Assembly: GCA_964016885.1 (NCBI GenBank)
Contig: OZ024742.1
Location: forward strand, 12,214,001 to 12,278,000
Length of the DNA stretch: 64,000 nt
Origin: Eledone cirrhosa
Lineage: Eukaryota
Direction: 5' to 3'
Shown here piece after piece: positions 1 to 12,764 of this stretch. The notes beneath the pieces are model-generated. The model had not been told where the DNA came from. It made no database searches and saw only the letters and a program-made list of their open reading frames with translations. How positions within the stretch are numbered: the first letter of the stretch is position 1; each line of letters begins with the position of its first letter. The position numbers and the translations under genes are program-made.

Positions 1-249
1 ATCTGGTGGTGTGCCAGACGGCCGTGGCTGGGAAGACGTGGGGAAGAGGCAGCTCCTGCACCTCCACGCTGCGAGGACATTGGAAGCTCGACGAGCCAAG
101 CCAACGCAGGTGAGATGGTGGAAGCAGCCGCACCACAAACAGTTCCGGCCCCTCTTCCGTTTGCTAGTGGTGCCGCAAATGCTGCAGGTGTCGATTTGGA
201 AGGGTGGGGGATGGGGCGTGGGGCCGGGGACTGGGGCACCGAGCGGCAT
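1..249 (-). CDS. Partial ORF running off the left edge, encoding a PHD (C4HC3) finger; probably the N-terminus of a non-LTR retrotransposon protein
   Basis: Manual translation from ATG 249-247: MPLGAPVPGPTPHPPPFQIDTCSICGTTSKRKRGRNCLWCGCFHHLTCVGLARRASNVLAAWRCRSCLFPTSSQ..., i.e. CxxC-x11-CxxC-x4-HxxC-x13-WxCxxC. No stop before base 1, so it is absent from the ORF track. Confidence 0.7.
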   Translation of the reverse strand, partial: MPLGAPVPGPTPHPPPFQIDTCSICGTTSKRKRGRNCLWCGCFHHLTCVGLARRASNVLAAWRCRSCLFPTSSQPRPSGTPPD

Positions 250-812
250 CAGGGGTGGGTGGCTGGTGTGTGTGGTTGGAAGGGAAAGTGGTGGTAAGAG
301 GGCAGCATAGCTCACCTATATATATGGAGGTGCCAGAAAACGAGAGCGAAAAGGGGCTGCATGGAGGGGGAGACACAGGAAGGTAGAATGGCAGTAAATG
401 AATGAGTTAATGGATGGATGTACACACAAAAAAAAGGAGGGGGGGGGGAACAAGGGGTTGTTTCCAGCGCAAAGACCCAGAGTTCAGCACACCCACATGC
501 GAGCAGTTTGTCAAAGACGATATTCTCAATGGACGCGCTTACAATATTTGAATATAACTGAACCGTCTTGTCATTTAATTTGAAAAGTGGAGCAAAGTAA
601 AAGGAATATAGTGAATTTGGAGTGTCAATCCCTTGAGATTTTTTTTTTTTTTTTTTTTTTTCCAATACCGAACTTACAGTTTTCCAGGATTTGTACTCAT
701 TCTTTTTTTTTTTCCTTCAAAAGGATGGAGGCGTTTTATCTCCTCATGAAACTGCCATTACTTAATGATGTTCGTCATCTATGGCTTATTCATATGTATT
801 ATTTCATAAAAA

Positions 813-918
813 TCCCGCCGATTAACTTTGCCTTTCATCCTTGTGGGGTCGATAAAATAAAGTACCAGTAATGTACTGGGTAATTGCTAGCCTTGTGCCT
901 AACGTAGAAACAATTATT
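813..918 (+). mobile_element. SINE, 3' half
   Basis: Core AACTTTGCCTTTCATCC..GGGGTCGATAAAATAAAGTACCAG and tail GCCTTGTGCC..GTAGAAACAATTATT, as in the full copy at 24667-24860. Confidence 0.8.
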
Positions 919-1233
919 TCATAACTCTATAGAATGTTTGTGCAGTGTTCTGTGTCCAGCCAGGTTTGTACAACAGGTAAGAAAAATGATGATTCGGTGA
1001 CGGTTTCTTCTGATAGGAACCTCTTCCACGTCGGAAGATCGAAGTGTGTTTTCTTGTCTTCTTCAATACTTTCATAAACGGCTTCGGAGATTTAAAACTT
1101 GTTTCAATTGGTGCTTCCATTTCCACACGGTTCTATTGTCTTATTTACAAAAATATATATTTCTATATATTTCTTTATTTATTTCTCTTCTTTTAGTATA
1201 ATATAGCGAGTTGTCACCAGTGATGTTTGAAGT

Positions 1234-3525
1234 TCAGGCGATAGTAGATGACAGACGCGATGTACGCGTTAGCCACCTCCGCTCGACCTTTCAGGGATAG
1301 CTTCCCCTCCGCCCATTTCTGGGTGAGAGAAACCACACTGCTCGTCACTTCGTCCCAGTTTTTGGCCGCCTGGAGGTCCGGAGCGAACCAGACCCCTAGC
1401 AATTTAACCGGTCCATCCGTCCAGCGCCCGACCACGCTGTTGGATGGCATGGACCTGCCTCTCCAGGTGCCGAGCTGCAGGCCCACTGACTTTTCCTGGT
1501 TGATCATTGCTCCTGTCACCGCTTCGTATTCTCTTAGTGTAGTGCCGATCACCTCGATGTGTTTGGCGTTCGACACCACTACGGTGAAATCGTCCGCATA
1601 TGCTGACACGGATCTTCCGCATCCTAGTTCGCGCGGGACCCCCCTCAAAGTCTCCAGATTGTACAGTAATGGCTCGAGAGTCAATACGTACTAGAGGGAC
1701 GAGAGGGGACATCCTTGGCGGACCGAGCGCATGATGTTGAACGGTTCCGAAAGGTGACCGTTCACTCTCACCACAGAGCAGATGTCGCTGTGCATGGCAG
1801 CGATCCAGCCTCTGAAGACCGGCCCAAAGCCAGCCACCCTCAGGACTGCGGCTAGCTAACTATGGTCGACACTATCGAAAGCTTTCGACTGATCTAAATT
1901 GATCAAGGACCCACTCGTGCCAGATTCCCTAGCTACCCTCTCTACGATGTATCGCATGAGGTGGAGGTTGTCGTGGATGGATCTGTCGGGAATGGCGCAC
2001 GTCTGCGCCTCTCCCACCAGACCACCAACGACAAGCGCCAACCTCTTTGCTAGCACCTTGGCCAAAATCTTGAACTCTGTGTTTAGCAGAGTTATGGGCC
2101 TGAAATTATCTATGTTATCCCCCTTGTTCGGATCCTTTCTCAGCAGCACCACAGCTCCACGGCTAACAGAGCTGGGAATTCTCCCATTCTGTTGCCAGTT
2201 GCAGTAGACGTCCGCCAAGAGGCCTCCGAACAAGTCTGACATCTGTACGTAAAGTTCATAGGGCAGACCATCCAAACCAGGCGATTTACCCCTTGTGCAG
2301 CCAGTCATTGCCTCCCGTACTTCAGTGGCTGTTATCGGCTTTTCGCAACACTCCGCCTCAGTGGCTGAGAGCCCGCCGCTGCCCCCGAACAGCTGTGCGA
2401 AGTGTCGCTGAAAAGCTTCACACATTTGCCCGAGATCGAGTAGCATGCGCCCGTCATGGTCCACCAAAGACCGAATCGTGGTTTTGTTGCCACGACGCGC
2501 CTCCGCTACTCGGGCCCATTGAACGGCTTTCGTCCCCTCGTGTCTGAGAGCACGCACCCTAGCTCTGACAACGCAGCCTTCGTGCTTTGCATTGAAGAAT
2601 TGGTCAAGGGCCAATTTCGCCGCAAGTACGTCGGTCGCGATGCCTTTGCTAAGCGCCTCGTCTAATTTTCTAACTAGTTCTCCCTCTGCTCTATTTTCTC
2701 TATTGCTAAAGCCTTACTAAACCTAATGGACTCTATTCTAATCGCTCTTGTTGTTGACGATGGCCCCCGTCAACGCTGGCTTAACTAGTTCGCTAATCCG
2801 GTGTCTGTAGGCCTTGCGCGCTGGTAAGAACGCGCTTAGCTTCCAGTAGCCGGGTCCTCGTCTATGAAGTCTATCTAAGAAAAGCACACAGTTCCCGAAT
2901 TTGTCGTCCGTGTAGCTGACTATCTCTTGAATTATGGATTTGCGATTGTTATCGTGGATATGCGATTTGTCCAAGTCCAGATTGGCACATTCGGGAAATC
3001 CAATCGGTACCTGTCAGACAGTTCAAAACGCCTGTGCAGGTTGGTGAGGCTCTTGCACCCTCCTCCCCTATCCGCTAATCCCACACAGTCCCAGCGTGCA
3101 TCTAATATCCCGTTCCAGTCGTCCACTAACACTAAAGAGCCGGGCGTTCCAAGAAAGGTCTCCAGACGCCGGAAGAAATCTGGCCGCCCTGCTCCTGTCG
3201 GGGCATAGAGGGCCGCTAGCCTGAAAGCTTGCCCGTCTCCGCTGGTCACGTTCAGCACCACCAACTTACCCTCTGGGTCCAGGAAGATGGCCCGTATGGC
3301 GAGATCCAAACCTCTCCGAAAAAGAACAGCAACTCCACCCCACGATCCAGGACGGCTGGGAGATGGGTACACAACGTAACCGCCGAAGATCGGTGCGAAG
3401 GCCCGTGCTTCGGAGATTCTGGTCTCGCTGATGGCCACTACATCTATGTTCAGTGACCTGAGGTCGTTGAGCAGGTGGCCCAGCTTCCATGACGCATTTA
3501 TGCTGCCTATTCTGAGTGAGGTCAT
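1234..3525 (-). pseudogene. Tx1 copy A ORF2 (APE endonuclease + reverse transcriptase), disrupted
   Basis: ORF pieces 2932-3525, 2738-2974, 1856-2614 and 1214-1684 are collinear with ORF2 of copies B, C and D. Homology stops after VIYYRL. Confidence 0.9.
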
Positions 3526-3559
3526 GTTGAAATGGAGTGGAAAAGATGGGAAAGTCCAC

Positions 3560-5498
3560 TTACCTTACTTCTCGTAGAGGAAGGATGGTTTCTTCATCCT
3601 TTTCACTGCATCTGGCCTCCTCCGGAAGGATGTCCTTATAAATCCTCCTGGAGAGTCCTTGTCGGAAGTCTCCGATGTCTTTGGGCAATTTTGGTTTTAG
3701 TGTCGTGTACGTTTTCTGTGTGATGCGAGTGATTTGTATGTGTGGAGGTGGTGTGAACTTTTGGGTTGCTCTATAGTCTTTTTCTGTGATGCTGGTGTTG
3801 TGTTGGATGTAGTGTAATAATTGGTTGTTGTTCAAATTTATTGCTGTGTAGTGTGTATCGTTTTGGGTGTTTTGGTTTGTTTGCGTTTGTTGTGGGTTTG
3901 TTTCTGTTTCGCCTTTTGGTGACTTTTGTGGTGTTGGTGATGGTGGTGTTGGGGTTAATGATGGTGATCGTGTTGGTGTTTGTGGTGATGGGGTTGGTGA
4001 TCCTGGTGTGGATGGTGGCATAGTTGTCCTAACTTTTTTGTTTGATAGTTTATTTGTTTCCCTCTGTATTTTGTTTTTGGAGGGGGAAGGAAGGCGATTT
4101 TTTCTTTTTTGGTTTCTTTTTCTTTTCTTTCTTTTTTTCTGATACCGTTTCCCACTCCTCGTCGTCACAATCTGTCTCCAGTTGCGATAGGTCGGGGAGT
4201 GGAAAATCCTCCACAGGCGTTGGTTTTGGTTGTGGCGTGGTGGATGGTGTAGGCGCTGGTGCTAATTCTGGCGCGTTGGATGGCGGTGGTGTTGGTTTTG
4301 CTACTGTTGCTGGGGTTGTTGCTGTTACAGTTGCTTCTGTTGTTGCTGCTACAGTTGTCGCTGCCATTTCTGCTGCTAGTGGTGTTGATGGTTGAGTCAC
4401 TGGGGTGGGTAAGAGAGGTGGCCTCAACCTTTTAGCCTGAGGGCAGAAAGCCCTTAGGTAGGTTCCTTCACCACAAACGACACACCTAGGCCTTCTGCCC
4501 TCGACGATTACGGTGAGGTGGCTGCCGTCAGTGAGGTCTATTACCTCTGGGATCTCCTCAATGCTTTTTGGGTCCGCTTGGATCAGGAGCTCCATCCCAG
4601 ATCCGGACCAGTTCTCCTCCTTTTCCTTCGCTATTTCGATTATCTTGGTGTTGGCTTCGATGCCGGCGAGGACGGCAGCTATTAGCCAGGGAATTTCGAT
4701 GGCCGGTAGAACGTGGGTCACCCTGATCTTCATGAGTCTCTGGCCACAATAGCTTGGGACGAGTGTGAAGTCGTCACTTCTTAATGGGGCCATGGAGTGT
4801 TCTCTGGCCTCTTGTGGTGTTTCAAAGAACACGTCCACGGTTCCATATTTCTAACCACGTCTGATGTGGGTTTCTTTGCCCACACATGTCCCAAAGCTTT
4901 TTGGATTTGGGACTCGGATGCCCGTTCCACTCGGCGCGACTTTTATGTTAATCGTCATTAAGACACGGTGCATAGGCGCCGATGATCCATTTTATTAGGT
5001 GGGGGATGTGGCTGACCCTGTACCCATCTTTCTTTACCATTTTTTGGCTTCTTCTAATTCCTCCTGAGTTACCTGGAATGCTTCGCACTTTTTTGCTACT
5101 CTGGCAAAAGACAGGGTTTTCTTATTATCATTGTTGCTGTTGTTGTTATCGTTATTTTTGTTATTATTAATTTTAGTTTCAGTTGTGGCGGTGGTGGCGT
5201 CAGTGATGTTCGTTGTGGAAGAGTTCATTTTGGCTGAATTCCTTTTGATATCACGAGATAATTTATCTTTTTTTGTTTCTGTTGTTGCTGTGGTGCTGGT
5301 GGGGATAGCGGCTTCAACACCTGCAGTCATTGGTAATGGCGGGAAATGAATGTCTGCCTGAGACAAATTTAAATTATTGCTACTGATTATAATTTTAGTG
5401 TTGGCAAACGTAGTAATATTTACAATGGTGGTGTCGGTGTGAGGTGTTAGTTTGTGAGGAAGGCTCTCAGCTACAGGGTTCAGCTGTGAGTCGGCCAT
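3560..5498 (-). pseudogene. Tx1 copy A ORF1, frameshifted
   Basis: ORFs 5034-5498, 4050-4838 and 3560-4168: Thr/Asn-rich N-terminus, VPSYCGQ, VEGRRPRCVVC..RAFCP and a Pro/Lys-rich tail. Confidence 0.85.
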
Positions 5499-5732
5499 GA
5501 TTTTTCAAAGAAATTTTTTTTTTGTTTGATAATTATAAAAGTTTAAATTTTGGGCTCAAGGCCCCAATCTTTTTGAGTGTCCTTTTCAGAAATCAATGTA
5601 TGTGCACTTATATACAGTTAACAATAAAAAATTTCCATAAATGGCAATTTTAAACAACTGAAAATAACAAACCTTTGCGGAGCTCACGATAATACGATTT
5701 ACTACGTAGGTCGCCAATAATAATAATAATAA

Positions 5733-5834
5733 TAATAATTGTTTCTACTTCAGGCACAAGGCCAGCAATTACCCAGTGCATTACTGGTACTTTATTTTAT
5801 CGACCATGTAAGGATGAAAGGCAAAGTCAACCTC
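5733..5834 (-). mobile_element. SINE 3' half inside the (AAT)n tract between Tx1 copies A and B
   Basis: Reverse complement of the SINE core and tail, flanked by AAT repeats on both sides. Confidence 0.85.
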
Positions 5835-5867
<33 letters not shown>

Positions 5868-6155
5868 TTTTCTTTATTGGCCACAAGGGCTGACATCAAG
5901 AAAAACATCACAGACGGCACAGGACGGTACGATGTGGGTTTTGTGCGTGTAAATATTTTTATTATTTATGTAAGAAAAGAAAAAAGACATAAAACATATA
6001 TATATATAAACAATAAAATGAAAATTGAAACAATGAAAAATTCCCCAATAGGGAGGAAACCTCCGAGGGTTACTCGTGGCGAAAACCACACAAAAGACCA
6101 CGGCCACCCTGACTACCAGCGCAAGCGCCCTCTCTCAATTTTTCCATCTCTCAAA

Positions 6156-9100
6156 CTACAGACGTATATTCAGAGTGGTCCCGTTCACTCGGACCATTCT
6201 CGCTACATTCACCCACCTTTCAACAAACTTGCTAGAAAGCAGCACTTGCCTCTCCACACTGATTTTCCTCTTCATGTGAAACTTGAAAAAGTTAATCAGG
6301 GATTCGTCAAAGAGGAAAGTGTTTGTCTTTAATCCTTTTAACCTTGTCCACCACAAAATCTCTTTCGCCATGGCCACCAGGCAGATGAAAACCGCCTGCC
6401 CTTCCTCCTCAAAAGAAGACGGCGAGACCATCTGCACAATGGACTCAGTCGACAACCGGATCAGTCCCACACGTGACAGCAACTGTTCGACATAGCTCCA
6501 CAAGTCAGCAATGCTCGGGCACTGAACGAGTGCGTGCACAACGGTTTCGTCGCTATGCGCGCATCTCGGACAGGCTCGGCTGACGGCACTTCCGTGCCTG
6601 TAGAGCTTATCTCGAACCGGCAGCGCTCTCCTGTTGCACTGCCAGGCCAGGGATTTTTGGAAGTTATCCATAGGCCCGGGGCTGAAAGTTCTCCGGAAGA
6701 GAGCAAGCAGCTGATCTTCTTCGACACCCAGGATCTCTCCTAGAACATCGTCGCTCTTCCCCTCCACTAGTCCTCTATAGAACGCCGAGGTGGATGTTCC
6801 ACTGATACTGGTGCCCAACTGGGAGAGGACAGTGAGCGCCTGGAGAGATTCCAGTTTCAAAGCGCTATCCCTCGGTCTTTTTCTGACCCAGGACTGCAGC
6901 TCCGTCAAGGAGACGAGCTGTGGGAAAATGTGCCTGGCGAACGGCGACCACACCCGTTCATCATCAAGGAAGCACCAGAGATGTCGCAGCCTCAGCGCAT
7001 GTTTACGCATCATCAGCCATGGCATGCCCAGTCCTCCACGCAACGGGTGTTGACAGCAGATGGATTGTCTGACCATGGGAGCGCGTCCCTTCTACAAAAA
7101 GCGGAAAAGGAGGCGCTCCATTTTGGTGAGAGTTGGGCTGGAGCAAGGGACGACGGTGAGGTGGTAGCAGATGACGGATGCGATGTACGCATTCGCCACT
7201 TCCGCCCGGCCTTTCAGGGACAGCTTCCTCTCAGCCCATTTCTGGGCGAGGGAGGCCATCCTGCTTCCACCTCGTTCCAGTTTTTCTCCATCTGGAGGTC
7301 CGGTCCGAACCAGACCCCGAGCAATTTAACCGGTCCGTCCGTCCAACGCCCCACGACGCTGTCGGACGGCATGGACTTGCCTCTCCAGGTGCCTAGCTGC
7401 AAGCCCACCGACTTTTCCTGGATTATCTTTGCTTCTGTCACCGTTTCGTATTCCTTGAGAGCGGTGCCGAGCATCTGGACGTGTCTGGTGCTCGACACCA
7501 CCACGATAACATCATCAGCGTAAGCCGACTCGGATTTCCCGCATCCTAGTTCGCGTGGGACGCCCCTCATCGCCCCCAGTTTGTGCAGTAACGGCTCGAG
7601 AGCCAATACGAACAAGAGGGGCGAGAGGGGACAGCCCTGGCGGACTGAGCGCATGATGCTGAACGGCTTCGACAGGTGACTGTTCACTCCCACAACTGAG
7701 CAGATGTCACTGTACATTGCTGCGATCCAACGCCTGAAAACGGGCCCGAAACTGGCTGCCTCAAGGACCACCGCCAGGTACCGATGGTCGACCCTATCGA
7801 ACGCTTTGGATTGATCCAAGTTGATGAGGGCCCCACCCTTGCCAGGTTCCTTAACGACCCTCTCTATGATGTATCACATGAGGTGGAGGTTGTCGTGTAT
7901 GGATCTGTCCGGGATGGCGCATGTCTGCGCCTCTCCCACCAGACCCTTGACGACAAGCACCAACCTCGTTGCTAACACCTTGGCCAAAATCTTGAACTCT
8001 GCGTTTAGCAGGGTTATGGGCCTGAAATTATCAATAACATCCCCCTTGTTCGGGTCTTTTCTCAGCAGCGCCACTGCTCCCCGGCTCACAAAACTGGGAA
8101 TGCTCACGTTATGCTGCCAGTTGCAGTAGACGTCTGTCAAGAGGTCACCGAACAAGTCTGGCATAAATGCATAAAGCTCGTAGGGCAGACCATCTAAACC
8201 TGGCGATTTACCTCTTGTGCAGTTACCCATCGCTTCCCGTATTTCACCGGCTGCTATTGGCTTTTCGCAACACTCTGCTGCGGTCGTCGAGAGCCGAGGC
8301 AGTCCGTCGAGGTATGCACTGAAGTCCATGCCCCGATCCGGGCCGCCGCCGCTCCCGAACAGTTCAGCAAAGTGCTGCTGAAAAGCTTCACGCATCCGCT
8401 CGGGTTCGAGCATCACGCAACCGTTTTGGTCAGACAAAGACCGAATTGTGGCTTTATTGCCACGTCGCGCCTCTGCCACCCGGGCCCATTGGACGGCTTT
8501 TGTCCCCTCGTGTTTCAGAGCACGCGCTCTAGCTCTGACAACGCAGCCTTCGTGTTTTGCGTTGAAGAATTGGTCGAGTGCCAATCTCGCCGCAAACACA
8601 TCGGTTGCGATGCCTGTCCTAAACGCCTCTTCTAGCTTTCTGACTAGCTCTCCCTCTACTCTATTTTCCTGTATCACTACTCCTTTGCTAAACCTATTCG
8701 ACTCTACTTTACTTGCCCTTTTCAGGGCGAACCACCACCTGTTGTTGACGTCCGCTCCCGTCAACGCCCGCTTAACTAATACGCTAATCCGGTCTCTGTA
8801 GGCCTTGCGCGCCGGGAAAGACGCGTTCAGCTTCCAGTAACCAGGCCCTTGTCTATGAAGTCTGTCTATGTCGATCTCACAGATCACAAATTTGTGGTCT
8901 GTGTAGTCGACTATTTTAAATTGTGGACAACTTATACTAGCCTTATCTAGTTCCCTGCAGAACACCCTATCGAGATACGATCTGGATGACCCGATGCGGT
9001 TTGTCCATGTCCACATTGGCACATTCGGGTGATCCAGTCGATACCTGTCAGACAGTTCAAAACGTCTGAACAGGTTGGTGAGGCTCTTGCACCATCCTCC

Positions 9101-9574
9101 CCTATCCACTAGCCCCACACGATCCCAGCGTGCATCCAAGATACCGTTCCAGTCGCCCACTAACACTAAAGAGCGGGACGTTCCAAGAAAGGTCTCTAGA
9201 CGTCTGAAGCAATCTGGCCGTCCTGCCCCTGTTGGGGCGTGGACGGCTATTAGCCTGAAAGCATTGCCTTCGCTGCCGGTCACGTCCAGCACCACAGACT
9301 TACCTTCTGGGTCCAGGAAGATGGCCCGTATCGCGAGATCCAATCTTCTCCGAAAAAGGACGGCAACCCCTCCCCCCGATCCTGGACGGCTGGGAGATGC
9401 GTATACATCGTAGCTGCCGAAGATCGGTGCGAAGGCCCGTGCCTCGGAGATTCTGGTTTCACTGATGGCCACCACATCTATGTTTAGTGACCTGAGGTCA
9501 TTGAGCAGGTGACCCTGCTTCCAAGATGACCCCAGGGCACGTGCATTTACACTGCCTATTCTGAGTACAGCCAT
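6156..9574 (-). pseudogene. Tx1 copy B ORF2 (APE + RT + CCHC zinc knuckle)
   Basis: ORFs 7874-9610, 7214-7819 and 6156-7076. Begins MAVLRIGSVNAR; contains GDWN, SYLDR, QGCPLSPLLF and YADD. One premature stop and one frameshift. Confidence 0.92.
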
Positions 9575-9606
9575 GTTGGATGAGAAACGGGGCAAATGAG
9601 AAAGGG

Positions 9607-11572
9607 TCACTTACCATGTTCGTGTGGTGAAGGGACAGTAGAACCGTCCCTTTCGCTGGTCATGGGTGTTTCCAAGAGGATGTCAGTGTATATCCTCTTG
9701 GTAACTGTCCCTCTGAAGTCTCCAACTGCGTTGGGGAATTTTTGTTTTAAAGGTTTGTATTGTTCTATTGAGATTTCGATGATGCTTATGTTTGTCGGGA
9801 GAGTTCTTGGTGTTGGTGGGGTGTAGTAGTTTTTTTCCGTGATGTCTGTGTGCTGCTTTATATATTTTATGAGTTCTTTTTTTGCTACGTTTATGGTTGT
9901 GTACTTTTTTTGGGGGGAGAGGTGATTTTGTTGCCGTTTTCTTCTAGTTGCTGTTTGGTGTGTGTGTATTGTTGTGTTTGCGTTGTTGGTGTTTGTGGTG
10001 GTGATGGTGATGGTTTTGCTGCAAGTTTCCTTGCTGCCTTTACCCCTCTTTGTATGCCTTCGCTTTTGGAGGGTGAATCTAAGGTTTTTTTGTTTTTTGT
10101 TTTTTGTGGCAGACTATTTGCCACGTCACTCCTGTCTCAAACTACATGTCGGATTCTGTAGCGTCTGTGCTCCACGGCTGTTGGTGGTGGTAGTGGAGCC
10201 CTCTTCGGCAATTTTGTTGCTGGTGTAGCTATTTCAAATGTAGCTATTGGTGTTGCCGCTACTGATGATGCTGCTTTAGTTATCCGTGGCCTTGGTACGG
10301 GTGCTACAGACGTTGTCCTCCTACTCACTGTGGAAGGGGTTTCTTCGTGTGTTGCCTGTCCTACTCTTGGTAGCAGCGGACCAGGTATTGGAAGGAGAGG
10401 GGTCCTCATCGGTATCTTCTGCGGGCAAAAGGCCCTGAAGTGACCTTTCGACCTACACTTATAGGGAGTTGGAGTCCTTCCTCGATGTCTATGATATCGG
10501 GGATAGCCTCGATACATTCCTGGTCAGTTTGTATAAGCATTTGTATGCCTATACCTGACCAGTTCTCTCTCCCTATTTTTTCTACTTGCAGCATGGTCGC
10601 CCTGTTCTCAATTCCAGCAAGGACAGACGCGGCCAGCCAAGGTATGGGCACGTCAGGTGGGACTTGGGTCACTTTGACCCTCACAATTTTCTGCCCGCAG
10701 TAGGAGGGCACCAAGACTAACTCCTCATTCTTTAGGGTTTCCAAAGAGTTAGACTTTGCTTCCTGGGGGGTGGCAGAAAGTACGTCTACTGTGGCGTACT
10801 TTCTGCCTCGGGTGATGTGGGTTTTGCGTGACCAGACGCACCCTAAGGCCTTTTGGATTTGAGCCTCCGTGGCTCTCTCCACTCGATGTGAGATTTTGCT
10901 TACGGTGCGGTAAGTCACCGTCCGTAGCTGCTGGTCCTTGAAAAAATCGGGAGGAGGTTCCAGGGAAACTCTATTTGCGCTTCTTGTCACCATGGCCCTT
11001 GCGACTGCCATCTCCTCCTCTGTGACTAACACTGTCTCGATATTTCGGGCGACACCTGCAAAAGAAATGGTCCCTTTTTCAGCAGCACCACTATTGCTGC
11101 CGCTACTGGTCTTACTGGTGGTGCTGAGGTCGCTATTACAGGTATCGGTCTCATTGTTGTTCTTTTCGCTAGTACAGTTGTTGGTGTTGTTTTCGTTGCT
11201 ACTGTTGATGCTGTTACTGTTATTGTGGCTGTTGTTATTATTGTTGTTTTTGTTGATACTGTTCCTACTATTATTGTTGTTGTGGCTGTTGTTATTGTCA
11301 TTGTTATTGTCGTTCTCGACCTTACCGCTGTTACTTTTGTTATTGTCGTTCTCGACTTTACCGCTGTTATTTTTGGTGATGTTGTTGGTGTTATTGTTGG
11401 TGTTGTTTGTGTTAGAAATATTTGTTAATTTTAAATCTGTAACAATCTTTTTTTCGTTTGTAATATATTCGTTTATATTTACCTCCGCTGGAACGCTGTT
11501 TTGTTGATATGCTGATAAAGTCTCCCTCTCTCTGTGTTGTCTGACAGTGCTCTCTCTCTTTGTGTTATCCAT
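9607..11572 (-). pseudogene. Tx1 copy B ORF1 with poly-Asn N-terminus and zinc knuckle
   Basis: ORF 10406-11614 (SFAGVA, VPSYCGQ), then YKCRSKGHFRAFCP in a shifted frame. Ends ...DFRGTVTKRIYTDIL...HEHGK*. Confidence 0.85.
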
Positions 11573-12764
11573 GTTGAAATTTTTCAAAAAAGTATTTTTA
11601 CACGAATACGACACCCCGTAAAGGGGTGCCGTATTATTTACTAGTGAACCCCTGTATTAGGCGGGTCACTTCTTCTAAACTTTTCTCAAATTTAAAACTT
11701 GAATAAAAGGTTTAGAACGGTTGAAAAAGAGGTAAAACGTTGAAAAAGACTGGAGGCGATAAGAAGCGTGGCTTCACCAACAATAATTATAATAATAATA
11801 ATAATAATAATTATAATAATAATAATAATAAGACGCACGTGGTGGATAGAAGGTCATGAAATCGCTCCCGTAAGTTTTTGATTTTTAACATATTTAAATC
11901 AATTGGGAAATAACAATTCTTAGTACAAATGATACATAAAGCACCAGACTCAAGTCTCAGAAAAATTCGGATCCATAATATATTGTTATATCGCTCAAAT
12001 ATTCAATTTTGTATTATACATTTTATATTCAAAAAAGAAAATGGTTATAAATGGAAGAAAAGCCCCTCTGTCTACATTATATAGAACAGCCAAATAACAG
12101 CAATTTCACCAACACCACAAACTAGATACACCACCTATCCCATCATTCCTCTGTGTACACTAAATACAACAGCCAGATAACGGCAATTTCACCACCACCA
12201 CCACCAATCCCAGCATAATAATTATAATTACTATTATTATTGTCTCAAGTTTTCACAAAATGTTTAATTCCAATATTAAGAAAATATGTCAACACATTTA
12301 TTAAACATACGCGACTAACCGCATAGATTCACCGATCAAACAAACTTCAGTCTATTCAACAAAACTCAGTAACGACAAGGCCATCACTATAGTCACCACC
12401 GCCACCACTCCATCCATCATTGCTACCACTATCCCATCACCGCCGCCACCACTCCTTCATTGCTACCACCGCTATTCCCCCATTACCTTCTGTTAACTTA
12501 CGAAGGCGGAAGGTGGCGGTATCACTAGACAATATTAATAAACAATATTAATATTTAATTTTGGATCAGAAATGTTGGAGTCAAAAAGGAGGAATATGGC
12601 AAAATGACTAAATAACTAAATAGCTAAAGATAAGTTCACCACCAACACCACCACCACTACCACGCTAAAAACTCTGGTCAAGTTGCCTAAACCTCTATTT
12701 CTACTTCAACTTCAACACCATCACTGCAGTACTACGATCACATCACCACCACCACTGCCTCATT

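Larger units (their letters stand above)
1234..5715 (-). mobile_element. Tx1-clade (L1 group) LINE, copy A; degenerate, 3' end missing
   Basis: ORF1 remnants (SFARVA, zinc knuckle CVVC..YLRAFC), APE endonuclease (DVVAISET, DWN) and RT (KSPGLDG, NFRPITLLN, KAFD, YADD). The 5' end abuts (AAT)n. Confidence 0.92.
5866..11778 (-). mobile_element. Tx1-clade LINE, copy B; full length (~5.9 kb), lightly disrupted
   Basis: 5'UTR, ORF1, ORF2 (APE-RT-CCHC: CPRC..ETVVHALVQC) and a 3'UTR ending GCCCTTGTGGCCAATAAAGAAAAC. (AAT)n on both flanks. Confidence 0.95.

Noticed and set aside
1248-9826. + strand ORFs antisense to Tx1 ORF2 that recur between copies
   Set aside because: They are shadow ORFs of the GC-rich RT coding strand, repeated because the elements are homologous.
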